DNA of 64,000 nt from contig CAWAIF010000003.1 in the NCBI GenBank assembly GCA_963782055.1, positions 3,232,001-3,296,000 of the forward strand. The letters are read 5' to 3'. The DNA is from an uncultured delta proteobacterium (GTDB lineage Bacteria > Myxococcota_A > Polyangia > Polyangiales > Polyangiaceae). Under the pieces are notes generated by a model that saw only the letters and a list, made by a program, of their open reading frames with translations, did no database searches and was not told where the DNA came from. Shown one piece after another: positions 53,610-62,823 of this stretch. Position 1 is the stretch's first letter; each line of letters begins with the position of its first letter. A program made the position numbers and the translations under genes.

Positions 53610-54116
53610 ATGGACGCCATCATGTTTGGACTCAAGCGCGCGTATCAGGCCACCCTCCGGCTCGGGCGCGACATCTGCTCTCGTTTCGCCCAGGGGCTCA
53701 CGCCGGCGCGGCTCGACATGCTCTACGCGATCCACCACAACGCGTTGAACTGCGTCACGCAGATGAAGCTGCGCCGGCTGCTCGGCGTCTCACGGCCCAC
53801 CGTGAGCCGGATGCTCAAGTCGCTGGAGGGGCTGGGCTGGGTGGAGCGCGGCCCCGGGCCTCACCGGGACACCCGCACGCGCATGGTGAGGCTCACGGCG
53901 ACCGGCGTCGCGCTGCTGAAGCGCGTGCTGGAAGCCGTGCTCGCCAGCGGCGTGGTGAAGTTCGTCGTCGACACCTCGCTGTCGATGGGCCAGTTCTGGC
54001 ATGAGGGCCGCTGTCTGGTGGAGCGCGATCGCACCGAGGGGATCTTGCGGCGCATTCGCGAGGACTTCGGGGATACCGCGAGCATTTACTACCCCTGGGA
54101 CCATCCGGACGACTGA
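53610..54116 (+). CDS. MarR-family winged-helix regulator with C-terminal YYPWDHPDD tail
   Basis: GLTPAR.DML, LGVSRPTVSRMLKSLE.LGWV.R, DTRTRMVRLTATG. Confidence 0.88.
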   Translation: MDAIMFGLKRAYQATLRLGRDICSRFAQGLTPARLDMLYAIHHNALNCVTQMKLRRLLGVSRPTVSRMLKSLEGLGWVERGPGPHRDTRTRMVRLTATGVALLKRVLEAVLASGVVKFVVDTSLSMGQFWHEGRCLVERDRTEGILRRIREDFGDTASIYYPWDHPDD

Positions 54117-54147
54117 TCAGGCCGTGACCGCCCGGCATCCGCCGCGG

Positions 54148-54710
54148 TCAAGTGCACGCGGGCACCGGGCACTTGGCCGGCAGCGCGCCGCTCGCGTCGC
54201 GGTCGCACCCCAGGATGCGCCGCAACTCCACCGGGTACGGCGTGTAGATGCAGTGTGCCCGCGCGCGCGCGCGTGACTCCCGGGCCTTGCGGTCGTTCTC
54301 CGCGGCGACGTCGTGATCGTGCTGGAGCCGGAGGTGCATGTCGTGCAGCGCGATCAGGCTGTCGTGGAGCGGCTGCGCTCCATCCCCACGCGGTGGGCGT
54401 CGGGCTCACGGTCGCGGAATGCCTCCACCGCGGTCATGAAGGCGGAGCAGTCGGCGTAGCCGTAGCGCATCCAGCTCGAGACGCGGTAGGGCAGGGTGGT
54501 CGGGCCCTGCGCGAAGTACGCGTCGCCCAGCTCCTGCCGCACCAGCCGCGAGACGATGCTCGCCTGCAGGTCGCGCGGGGCGTGATGCGGGTCGCCCCGG
54601 GCGCTGTCCAGCGCGCCGCCGTTGAAGGCGCTCGGAATGATGTCGGTCTGCACGCACGCGGCGGCCCCGACGACGATCACCGCCAGCGAGAGGGTGCGTC
54701 CCCAGCGCAT
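54148..54710 (-). CDS. Hypothetical lipoprotein, probably one gene split by a frameshift near 54365-54390 (track ORFs ending at 54354 and 54148)
   Basis: Signal MRWGRTLSLAVIVVGAAAC. Downstream frame has GC3-rich codons upstream of its ATG (LHDSLIALHD), overlapping the end of the first frame. Confidence 0.55.
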
Positions 54711-54766
54711 CGCTCTGGCTCTAACGACAGGGAGCGCGCGGGGCCAAGAAAGCGGCGCCGCCGATC

Positions 54767-56278
54767 TCACACGGCCACTTCGGCGAGCACGCCCTCCTCG
54801 CCCATCCCCTTCGCCGCCGTCTTCAGCTCCCCGATCCCCCGCCCCAGCGCCTCCCGGCACTCCCGAAGCCGCGCCCCCCTCGTGTGTCCCACCAGGATGC
54901 GCGGCGCGACCGGCGGTGCCTCCGTCCCGAAGCGCTCCCGGAAGCGGGCGGGCCACGCCGTGCGGAAGGCGTCCAGGTCGGCGCGCAGGCCCGCGCGCGA
55001 CGGGGCCCCGACCAGCAAGAACTCGTCGCCCCCGTCGCGCACCGCCGCCGTGCCCGCAACCTGCGCGATCTCCTCGGCGAAGGCGCGCAGCACCGCGTCC
55101 CCCATGTCCTGCCCGAAGGCGTTGTTGAAGGCCCGGAAGCCCGCCAGGTCCACGAAGGCGAGCTCCGCCGGCGCCGCGGCGAGGCCCGGAAGCTCGGCGA
55201 AGAGCCGCGCCAGGTCGTCGAAATACGCATAGAAGGGCAGGCGCGTCTTGCGGTCCAGGTTGGCGGGATCGGCGTTCGGCCAGCGGAAGCGCATCGCGAA
55301 CGGCTGCGCGGCGGCGCGCGCGAAGCCCAGGACCTCACCGGTGAGCCACACCGACTCCGGGCCCATCACGCGGAAGAGGCCGTCCTCGCCCTGCCGCGCG
55401 AGCATCCACTCCAGGCTGGGCCGCGGGTCGAAGCTGGGGTCCAGGCTGGCGAGCAGGTCTGCGCAGGCGAGGGTGGTCAGCAGGTCGTGGGGTGGGAACT
55501 TGCTCCGCGCAGCGTGGCCCGCGTCCGGAACATCCCCGAAGGCGCCGTCGGCGGTCATCGATCCGCGCACGAACGCGACCAGCCGTGCGAGCAGCGCGAT
55601 GTCGCCGCCCAGCGCCAGCAGCCCGTGCGCGAGGTGCGCGCTGGCCGAGGGTATGGGCTGCTCGTGGAAGGGGAAGCGGAGCCCGCGCAGCGCGCCGTCC
55701 TCCGCGAGCGCCGCGTAGCTCCGGGCGATGGCGAGGGTGATGGGGCGCAGATGCGCGACCGCGCCGGGCCGCCGCACCACGCAGAAAAGCGCAAAGGTGT
55801 CGGCCCAGGGGTGGGAACATTGAATGTAAAAGGCGAGGTCCCGCCGGAAGAGGGGGAGCGCCTCGGCGAGCAGGGCACGCGCGGCCTCGCCGGCCCGAGG
55901 GTCGGTCCGGAGCTCGGCGAGGTACGCGCACGTCTCGGCGATGGACACCGGCAGCGACAGCCGCAGCTCCAGCTTGTCGACGTCGGCGTCCAGATCAGGG
56001 CGCCAGAGGGGCCACTCCTCGCGCTCGCCCGCGTGTGCGGCCGGCCGGCAGCGACGGTGCGAGACCTCCCACCGGTAGCGGTCGTCCCCCATGGGGCTGC
56101 CCGGGTGGCGCGACTGCCAGTAGGCGAGGCGGGTCACCGGATCGCCCGGGTCCAGGCCGAGCTCCGCCTTGACGCGGGCCTCCGCCGCGGCGAACGGGCA
56201 GGCGTCCTCGATGACCGCGCGGGCGACCGCGGCACGCGCAGCGGCGACCGCCGCCCCCACGTCCAACAATCGTTCCAT
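54767..56278 (-). CDS. Prenyltransferase/terpene-cyclase-like helical region fused to a divergent GGDEF domain
   Basis: QW-like repeats FVRGSMTADGAFG and WMLARQGEDGLF; C-terminal DRKT.L, VDLAGFRAFNNAFGQDMGDAVL, RDGGDEF. Confidence 0.8.
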   Translation of the reverse strand: MERLLDVGAAVAAARAAVARAVIEDACPFAAAEARVKAELGLDPGDPVTRLAYWQSRHPGSPMGDDRYRWEVSHRRCRPAAHAGEREEWPLWRPDLDADVDKLELRLSLPVSIAETCAYLAELRTDPRAGEAARALLAEALPLFRRDLAFYIQCSHPWADTFALFCVVRRPGAVAHLRPITLAIARSYAALAEDGALRGLRFPFHEQPIPSASAHLAHGLLALGGDIALLARLVAFVRGSMTADGAFGDVPDAGHAARSKFPPHDLLTTLACADLLASLDPSFDPRPSLEWMLARQGEDGLFRVMGPESVWLTGEVLGFARAAAQPFAMRFRWPNADPANLDRKTRLPFYAYFDDLARLFAELPGLAAAPAELAFVDLAGFRAFNNAFGQDMGDAVLRAFAEEIAQVAGTAAVRDGGDEFLLVGAPSRAGLRADLDAFRTAWPARFRERFGTEAPPVAPRILVGHTRGARLRECREALGRGIGELKTAAKGMGEEGVLAEVAV

Positions 56279-56307
56279 GCACCCCACCCGCGCCGTCGGC
56301 GGGGGCC

Positions 56308-57267
56308 TCAGCCCTTCTTCAGCTCGGTGATCAGCTCCGGGACCGCCTGGAAGAGGTCCGCGACCAGCCCGTAATCCGCGACCTGGAAGATGGGCGCGTC
56401 GGGGTCCTTGTTGATCGCGACGATGGTCTTGGAGCCCTTCATCCCGGCGAGATGCTGGATCGCACCGGAGATGCCGATGGCGAAGTAGAGCTGCGGCGCG
56501 ACGACACGTCCGGTCTGACCGACCTGCAGCTCCGGCGGGGCGTAGCCGGCGTCGCACGCGGCGCGGCTCGCGCCGACGGCGGCGCCGAGCAGGCTGGCGA
56601 GCGGGTCCAGAACGTCGGCGAACTTCTCCTTGAGCGCGCGACCGCCCGAGACGATGACGCGCGCCTCGCCGAGGTCCGGGCGCTCGCTCTTGGCGGCCTC
56701 GATGCCCATGAACTCGAGGCGGCCGGCGGCCTCCTCGATGGCCGATGGGGTGACGGCCTCCACCGGGCTGGAGCCTCCGGAGGGCTCCGCCGCGGAGAAC
56801 TCGCTCTGCCGCACGCTGACGACCTGCACGGGCGTGGTCACCTCGCACCAGCCGTACGCGTTGCCCGCGTACATCGGCCGGCGGTAGGCGAGCTTGCCGC
56901 CCTCCGCCTTCACCGAGGCGATGTCCGGCGCGTAGCCGGCGCCCAGCCGCGCGGCGACGCGCGGGGCGAGGTCCTTGCCGAAGGAGCTGGCGGTGACCAC
57001 CAGCACGTCGAAGCCGCCACCCTTGGCGACGTCGGCGACGGTGGGGGCGAGCCGCTCGGCGAGGGGCTGGGCGAGGTCGGCGCCCTCGGCGGCGAGCACC
57101 TTGGCGGCGCCGAAGCCGGTGACCTCGGCGGCGGCCGCCTTGGCGTTCGCCCCGATGACCAGGATGGAAAAGGCGCCGCCCACCTGCTTGGCGAAGGTGA
57201 TCGCGCTGTGGGTCGACTTGCGGACCTTGCCGTCCGCGAGCTCGGCGATGACGAGGACGTTGCTCAT
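56308..57267 (-). CDS. etfA: Electron transfer flavoprotein alpha subunit
   Basis: [40 protein letters not shown]. Confidence 0.97.
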   Translation of the reverse strand: MSNVLVIAELADGKVRKSTHSAITFAKQVGGAFSILVIGANAKAAAAEVTGFGAAKVLAAEGADLAQPLAERLAPTVADVAKGGGFDVLVVTASSFGKDLAPRVAARLGAGYAPDIASVKAEGGKLAYRRPMYAGNAYGWCEVTTPVQVVSVRQSEFSAAEPSGGSSPVEAVTPSAIEEAAGRLEFMGIEAAKSERPDLGEARVIVSGGRALKEKFADVLDPLASLLGAAVGASRAACDAGYAPPELQVGQTGRVVAPQLYFAIGISGAIQHLAGMKGSKTIVAINKDPDAPIFQVADYGLVADLFQAVPELITELKKG

Positions 57268-57280
57268 GGTGGTTCGCTCC

Positions 57281-58105
57281 TCAGATCACTTTCGCTTCGG
57301 TCCGGAGCTTCTCGACGAGCTCGGCGACGGTCTTGACCTTCACGCCCGCCTTGCGCGCAGGCGGCGGCTCGAAGGACGTGTACTTGATCTTGAGCGCGGT
57401 GTCGGGCGCCAGCTCGGCGAGCTTCAGCTCGGTGAGCGGCTTCTTCTTCGCGGCCATGATCGCCATGAGCGCGGCGAAGCGCACGCCCTCCGGGTACGCG
57501 TGGCCCGGCTTGGTGTGGGCGCTCTGCACGCTCTGCGGCTGGACGATGCGCAGGTCGACGCTCACCACCGCGGGGAGCGTGAGCTTGACCTTCATCGAGC
57601 CGCCGTCGATCTCGCGGCCGACGACGAGGGCCTTGTCCGCCTCGCTCTGGATGGTGCCGGCGAAGGTGGCCTGCGGCCAGCCGAGGTACTCCGCGAGGAG
57701 CTGCGCGACCTGGTTGGCGTCGCCCTCCACCTCCTGCTTGCCGAGGAGCACCAGGTCCGGCTTCTCCTTCTCGACGATGGCCTTGAGGGCCCGGGCGACG
57801 AGGTCGCCGTCCAGGGCGTCGTCCGTCGAGTCCACGCGGATGGCCTTGTCCGCGCCCGTCGCCAGGGCGGCGCGGAGCGTGGTCTCGGTGTCCTTCGGGC
57901 CGAAGGTGACCACCGTCACCTCGCCCTTGCGCGCCTTCGGGCTGGCGGCGTCCTCGGTGAGGCGCAGCGCCGTCTCGACGGCGTACTCGTCGAAGGGGTT
58001 CGGCTTGAACTCGAGACCTGTGGTCTCGATCTTCTGCGGGGTGACCTTGATCTTGTTCGCGTTGTCCGGGTCGGCCACGCGCTTGAGGGGGACGAGGATC
58101 TTCAC
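57281..58105 (-). CDS. etfB: Electron transfer flavoprotein beta subunit
   Basis: KRVAD, NPFDEYAVE.AL, GKQ, REIDGG, PPARKAG. Confidence 0.96.
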   Translation of the reverse strand: MKILVPLKRVADPDNANKIKVTPQKIETTGLEFKPNPFDEYAVETALRLTEDAASPKARKGEVTVVTFGPKDTETTLRAALATGADKAIRVDSTDDALDGDLVARALKAIVEKEKPDLVLLGKQEVEGDANQVAQLLAEYLGWPQATFAGTIQSEADKALVVGREIDGGSMKVKLTLPAVVSVDLRIVQPQSVQSAHTKPGHAYPEGVRFAALMAIMAAKKKPLTELKLAELAPDTALKIKYTSFEPPPARKAGVKVKTVAELVEKLRTEAKVI

Positions 58106-58284
58106 GGCGTTCCCTTCCTGCCAATCGCAAGCCCCGCGGCTCCAGCGGGGGCCGGTGAATGGCGATTCAGCAGTCTCGGTCTCTAGGTTTTTGCGGGCCG
58201 CATGTCAACGTCCGGGGCGCGCAACTCTCACGCCCGGCTCGCGCTGGGGGCGCGCCCTTGGTATCGTCCCGCCCGGAGGTTCCC

Positions 58285-58857
58285 ATGCAGAAGACCACCA
58301 TCGGGACGCTGGCGCTGCTGTCGCTCCTGGGGCTTTCGGCCGCCGCCAGCGCCCAGGTACGCCGGAGTAGCGGCCTTCACCGCGCCGTGCCCGTCATGCG
58401 CGTTCCGGTCGTCCGGGGGTCCGCCGCGGTCAAGCCGCCGACCCCCGCCGCCACCGCCAGCAGCAAGGCCGCCACGCCGGCCCCGGTCCCCGCGGTCGTC
58501 GACGCCGGCGCGGTCGCCCACGCCGGCACCCCGCCCGCCGACGAGGAGACAGCAGCGGAGAAGGCCGTGCGGCGCGCCTACGTGCAGAAGCGCGCGACGG
58601 CGATGCGTTCGATCGTGCGCGGCCACGGCAAGGCCATCACGGCGGACGAGCGCACCGTCATCCGCCAGCACTGGCACGAGTCCATGCGTCTCTGGCGCAT
58701 CCGCCACGTGGCCGCGGAGAACGGGGACAAGGCATCCGTCGCGCGCGTCGACGCCATCCTCGCGCGCGCCGACAAGAAGACCGACGCCAAGCTCACCGCC
58801 CTCGCCGCCAAGGCGCCCGCCGCGGTGGCGGCGAAATCGTCCGGGGCGAAGCAGTGA
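58285..58857 (+). CDS. Secreted basic helical hypothetical protein
   Basis: SD GGAGG, signal peptide ending ASA-Q, Ala/Pro linker, basic helical C-terminus. Confidence 0.75.
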   Translation: MQKTTIGTLALLSLLGLSAAASAQVRRSSGLHRAVPVMRVPVVRGSAAVKPPTPAATASSKAATPAPVPAVVDAGAVAHAGTPPADEETAAEKAVRRAYVQKRATAMRSIVRGHGKAITADERTVIRQHWHESMRLWRIRHVAAENGDKASVARVDAILARADKKTDAKLTALAAKAPAAVAAKSSGAKQ

Positions 58858-59231
58858 GGCGTGCGGCCGTCCTTCTCGCCCTGGCGGCGTGCCTGCTCGT
58901 GGGCTGCAACCTGCTGAAGAAGCTGCGGGGCGGCGCGGGCGGCGACGACGCCGCGGTGCCCGACGAGTCCGCCTCCGTGTCGACGACCGAGTCCGACGAC
59001 GGGGGCCTCGCGGCCATGGGCGACACCGACGCCGACACCGACGGCGCCGCCGCAGCCGCCGCGACGGTGGACGTCACCGGCGCCGCCATCGTCGCGGCGC
59101 GTCCCGTCGCCGACGCTCCGGACGCCGACATCCCCGCGCCCGACCAGGACCAGGCGGCGGCCGCGCAGGAGATCAACAAGGCGAACTACAAGTCGCAGCT
59201 GGACTCCATCGACAAGCAGGTCGGCAAGTAG
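58854..59231 (+). CDS. Small acidic lipoprotein
   Basis: GTGA overlap, lipobox LVGC, Asp/Ala-rich linker, C-terminal amphipathic helix. Confidence 0.78.
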   Translation: MRRAAVLLALAACLLVGCNLLKKLRGGAGGDDAAVPDESASVSTTESDDGGLAAMGDTDADTDGAAAAAATVDVTGAAIVAARPVADAPDADIPAPDQDQAAAAQEINKANYKSQLDSIDKQVGK

Positions 59232-59243
59232 TAGCCACTTAGC

Positions 59244-60854
59244 GTGCCCATCGCCTGCGACTACCTGGTGCTCGGGAGCGGGATCGCAGGTCTGTCCTTC
59301 GCGCTGGAAGCCGCGAAGCACGGCGACGTCGTCCTCGTGACCAAGCGCGAGGCGGACGAGTGCAACACCAAGTACGCGCAGGGTGGCATCGCCGCCGTCC
59401 TGGCGGACACCGACTCCTTCGACGCGCACATGCGCGACACCATCGCCGCAGGCGCCGGCCTCTGTCACGAGCGCGTGGTCGAGCTGTGCGTCAAGGACGG
59501 CCCGGCGCGCATCGAGATGCTGCAGAGCGTGGGCGCCCGGTTCGACAAGGCGGGCAGCCCGGCGGAGTCGCACGCCGATCTGGACCTGCACCTGGAGGGC
59601 GGCCACAGCGCGCGCCGCGTGGCGCACGCCGGCGACACCACCGGCATGGAGGTGGAGCGCGCGCTGCTCCACGCGGTCAAGGCGGAGGCCCGGGTGCGCC
59701 TGCTGGAGCATCACACGGCGATCGACCTCATCGCCCTGGAGAAGTACGGCGGGCCGGAGGTGTGCGGCGGCGCCTACGTGCTCGACGAGGCGAGCGGCAA
59801 GGTGGTCACCATCCTCGCCCGCGCCACGGTGCTCGCCACCGGCGGCGCGGGCAAGGTCTACCTCTACACGACCAACCCGGACGTCGCGACCGGCGACGGC
59901 GTGGCGATGGCGTTCCGCGCGGGCGCCGAGATCGCCAACATGGAATTTTACCAGTTCCACCCGACCTGCCTCTATCACCCGCAGGCGAAGAACTTCCTCA
60001 TCAGCGAGGCCGTGCGCGGCGAGGGCGCGGTGCTGCGCCGTCAGGACGGCACAGCCTTCATGAAGGCGTACCACCCGCTCGCCGACCTCGCCCCGCGCGA
60101 CGTCGTCGCCCGCGCGATCGACTTCGAGATGAAGCGCACCGGCGCCGACCACGTGCTGCTCGACATCTCCGACAAGAAGGCGGACTTCATCAAGGAGCAC
60201 TTTCCGAACATCTACGCCCAGTGCCTTCGCTTCGGGTTCGACATGGCGCGCGAGCCCATCCCGGTCGTGCCGGCCGCCCACTACATGTGCGGCGGCGTGA
60301 CCACCGACCTCGCCGGCCGCAGCAGCATTCCGGGGCTGTGGGCGATCGGCGAGGTGGCGTGCACCGGCCTCCACGGCGCCAACCGACTCGCGTCCAACTC
60401 GCTCCTGGAGGGCATGGTCTTCGCGCACCGCGCGGCGACCGCGCTGCGCGACGTGGATCGCACCAAGCCGCTCACCGACGTGCCGGAGTGGGACGTGGGC
60501 GCCGCGGGGACGAGCGAGGAGGCGGTCATCATCACGCAGAACTGGGACGAGCTGCGCCGCCTGATGTGGAACTACGTCGGCATCGTGCGCTCGGTCTCCC
60601 GCCTGCGTCGCGCGGCGCGCCGCATCGCGCTGCTCCAGGAGGAGATCCTGGAGTACTACTGGAAGTACTTCGTCACGCGCGACCTGCTGGAGCTCCGCAA
60701 CATCGCCACGGTCGCGCAGCTGGTGGTGGACTGCGCGGCCTCGCGCCACGAGAGCCGCGGACTGCACACCATGGCGGACTTCCCCGACACCGACGCGAAG
60801 CTCGCCCGCGATACGGTCATCAAGCGCGGCGTCGCCGCCCATCTCCGCGGGTAG
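59244..60854 (+). CDS. nadB: L-aspartate oxidase
   Basis: GSGIAGL, YAQGGIA, EGGHS.RR, QFHPT, SEAVRGEG, HYMCGG, HGANRLASNSLLE, ESRGLH. Confidence 0.97.
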   Translation: MPIACDYLVLGSGIAGLSFALEAAKHGDVVLVTKREADECNTKYAQGGIAAVLADTDSFDAHMRDTIAAGAGLCHERVVELCVKDGPARIEMLQSVGARFDKAGSPAESHADLDLHLEGGHSARRVAHAGDTTGMEVERALLHAVKAEARVRLLEHHTAIDLIALEKYGGPEVCGGAYVLDEASGKVVTILARATVLATGGAGKVYLYTTNPDVATGDGVAMAFRAGAEIANMEFYQFHPTCLYHPQAKNFLISEAVRGEGAVLRRQDGTAFMKAYHPLADLAPRDVVARAIDFEMKRTGADHVLLDISDKKADFIKEHFPNIYAQCLRFGFDMAREPIPVVPAAHYMCGGVTTDLAGRSSIPGLWAIGEVACTGLHGANRLASNSLLEGMVFAHRAATALRDVDRTKPLTDVPEWDVGAAGTSEEAVIITQNWDELRRLMWNYVGIVRSVSRLRRAARRIALLQEEILEYYWKYFVTRDLLELRNIATVAQLVVDCAASRHESRGLHTMADFPDTDAKLARDTVIKRGVAAHLRG

Positions 60855-60865
60855 GACGACCAGAT

Positions 60866-62728
60866 CTAGGAGAAGGCGGGCTCGACCAGGGCGAACACCA
60901 GATCCGGCGCGAGGCGGTAGCGCGTCTTGCCGTGCTCCCCGGCGTCGCGCAGGCGCTCGACGTGGTTCGGGTCGCCGAGCAGATCCCGCACGCGCGAGAT
61001 GAGCACGCGGACCCGGTGCTCGGCGTCGGCGGAGTCCGGCCCCGGGCCGCCCGCGGCGCGCAGGATCTCGTCGGCGGACAGGCCCTCGCGGGCGCGCCGC
61101 AGGAGCTGGGCGAGCAGCGGCTCGAGCGCGCGCCGCCGCTCCAGCGACATGGTCTTGCCGCCGGCACGCAGGGTGTGGGCGACCGTGTCGACGACCAGCG
61201 CCGCGTCGTGCGTGGACTCGGCCACTCCGGCGACCTTCACCCGCACCACGCCCTCGCGCGTGGAGACGTAGACGTCCTCGGTCACGCCGAGGGAGCGGTC
61301 GCTCGGCGGGCTGCGCGGCAGCATCTCCGGCGTGGAGGGTGGCCCGCCGAAGGTGCCGGTGACGATGCGCTCGGCGTAGCGGACCACGCGGCTGTCGCCC
61401 GAAGCCTTGGCCAGGTCCCACAGGGGCCCGCCGGCGGCGCGGTCCGGGTAGACCCAGCCGTGCACGTACCCGCTGAGCGACGCCCGCTCCACCGCCGCGC
61501 GTGCGGCCTCTGTGTCTCCCTGGGCGAGCGCGCAGCGGCCGAGCACCAGGTTCAGGCTCCCGGTGACGAAGGCGTCGGGGAGATCGCCGGCGTGCGGGCG
61601 GCCGGCGGCGACCGCGGCCGCGTACTCGCCGCACGCTTCCAGGGTGCGCGCGCGGGTGGCGACGAGATCCTGCTCGTCGATGGCGTCCACCGCGCCGAGC
61701 TCGGCGCGCAGTCGCTCCGTCCGGGCGAGCGACTGCCTGGCGGCCTGGCCGCGCCCGAGCATCGCCAGCGCCCAGGTGCGGTGGGCGGCGAGCTGGTAGC
61801 GGAGCGTCGGCTGGTCCAGCTCCCCCAGCAGGCCGTGCGCTTCCTCCAGCGCCCCGAGCGCGACCCCAGGCCGGTCGGCCGCGATCTCCACGATCGCCAG
61901 GACGTCGTGCGCGTCGGCGTGACGCCACCCGGCCTGGGTGTCGCGGCCGATCACGATCGCCTCCCCGGCGTGGGCGCGCGCCTCCTCGAAGCGCCCCATC
62001 GAGCCGAAGGCGATGGCGGCGTTGCCGTGCGCGGTCAGGGCGGCCACGCCGCGCGCCGGGGCGCGCGACAGCGCGGAGACGAAGTGGCGCGCGGCCGCCT
62101 CCGGCTCGCCGACGCGCATCGCCAGGTGGCCGAAGGCCATCGCCACCGGGACGCGCCAGGCGCCGTCGTCCATGCGATCGGCGACGTGCTCGGCCAGGCG
62201 CAGCGCCGCCGCCGCCTGCTGCGTGTGGTTGCGCTTGATCTCCAGCTGCGCGGAGAGAAGGTGCAGATCGAGCTGCTCGCGCAGGCCGCCTCGCGTGGCC
62301 GCCGTGAGGCTCCGCGAGGCGGTCTTGAGCTGCTGCTCGGCGAGGTCCGCCCGGCCGTCGATGAGGGCGAGCATGGTGCGCTCCAGCGCGAGGCGCGCCG
62401 CGTCGAGGGGGCCCCACGTGGCCGGGGCCTGCGGGAGGGACTGCGCCAGCTCCCGCGCCCGCTCCAGCCGGCCGCTGTCACGGTAGGCACGCAGCAGCCG
62501 CACCGAGAGGGCGGGCTCCGGCTTGGGGCGCCCCGCGAGCACCGCCTCCAGCCACTGCACCAGAAACGCCGCCTCCTCGGCGGCGGCGAGCCTGTCGAGG
62601 AGCGGGAGGCACGCCTGGAGCGCGATGCCCTCGCCCGCCGCGGCCGCGGGCGGCGGAAGCGACGTCCCGCTCCTCGGCGCCGACGGCGGCGGAGGCACGA
62701 GCGTGGTGGCAGAGGCTCGGCGCGCCAT
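60866..62728 (-). CDS. TPR-repeat protein with C-terminal OmpR-like winged-helix DNA-binding domain
   Basis: Helical repeats, then LL..LL....GLSADEI...RVRVLISRVRDLLG...RYRL. Confidence 0.78.
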   Translation of the reverse strand: MARRASATTLVPPPPSAPRSGTSLPPPAAAAGEGIALQACLPLLDRLAAAEEAAFLVQWLEAVLAGRPKPEPALSVRLLRAYRDSGRLERARELAQSLPQAPATWGPLDAARLALERTMLALIDGRADLAEQQLKTASRSLTAATRGGLREQLDLHLLSAQLEIKRNHTQQAAAALRLAEHVADRMDDGAWRVPVAMAFGHLAMRVGEPEAAARHFVSALSRAPARGVAALTAHGNAAIAFGSMGRFEEARAHAGEAIVIGRDTQAGWRHADAHDVLAIVEIAADRPGVALGALEEAHGLLGELDQPTLRYQLAAHRTWALAMLGRGQAARQSLARTERLRAELGAVDAIDEQDLVATRARTLEACGEYAAAVAAGRPHAGDLPDAFVTGSLNLVLGRCALAQGDTEAARAAVERASLSGYVHGWVYPDRAAGGPLWDLAKASGDSRVVRYAERIVTGTFGGPPSTPEMLPRSPPSDRSLGVTEDVYVSTREGVVRVKVAGVAESTHDAALVVDTVAHTLRAGGKTMSLERRRALEPLLAQLLRRAREGLSADEILRAAGGPGPDSADAEHRVRVLISRVRDLLGDPNHVERLRDAGEHGKTRYRLAPDLVFALVEPAFS

Positions 62729-62823
62729 ACCCGGAGCTTACCGTACCGGAGCCCGCCTCTCACCTATGGAACGGTGGGGGCCTTCGCGGCGTGGGCCTCT
62801 TGGGGTAAGGTGCGCGCCGGCCG

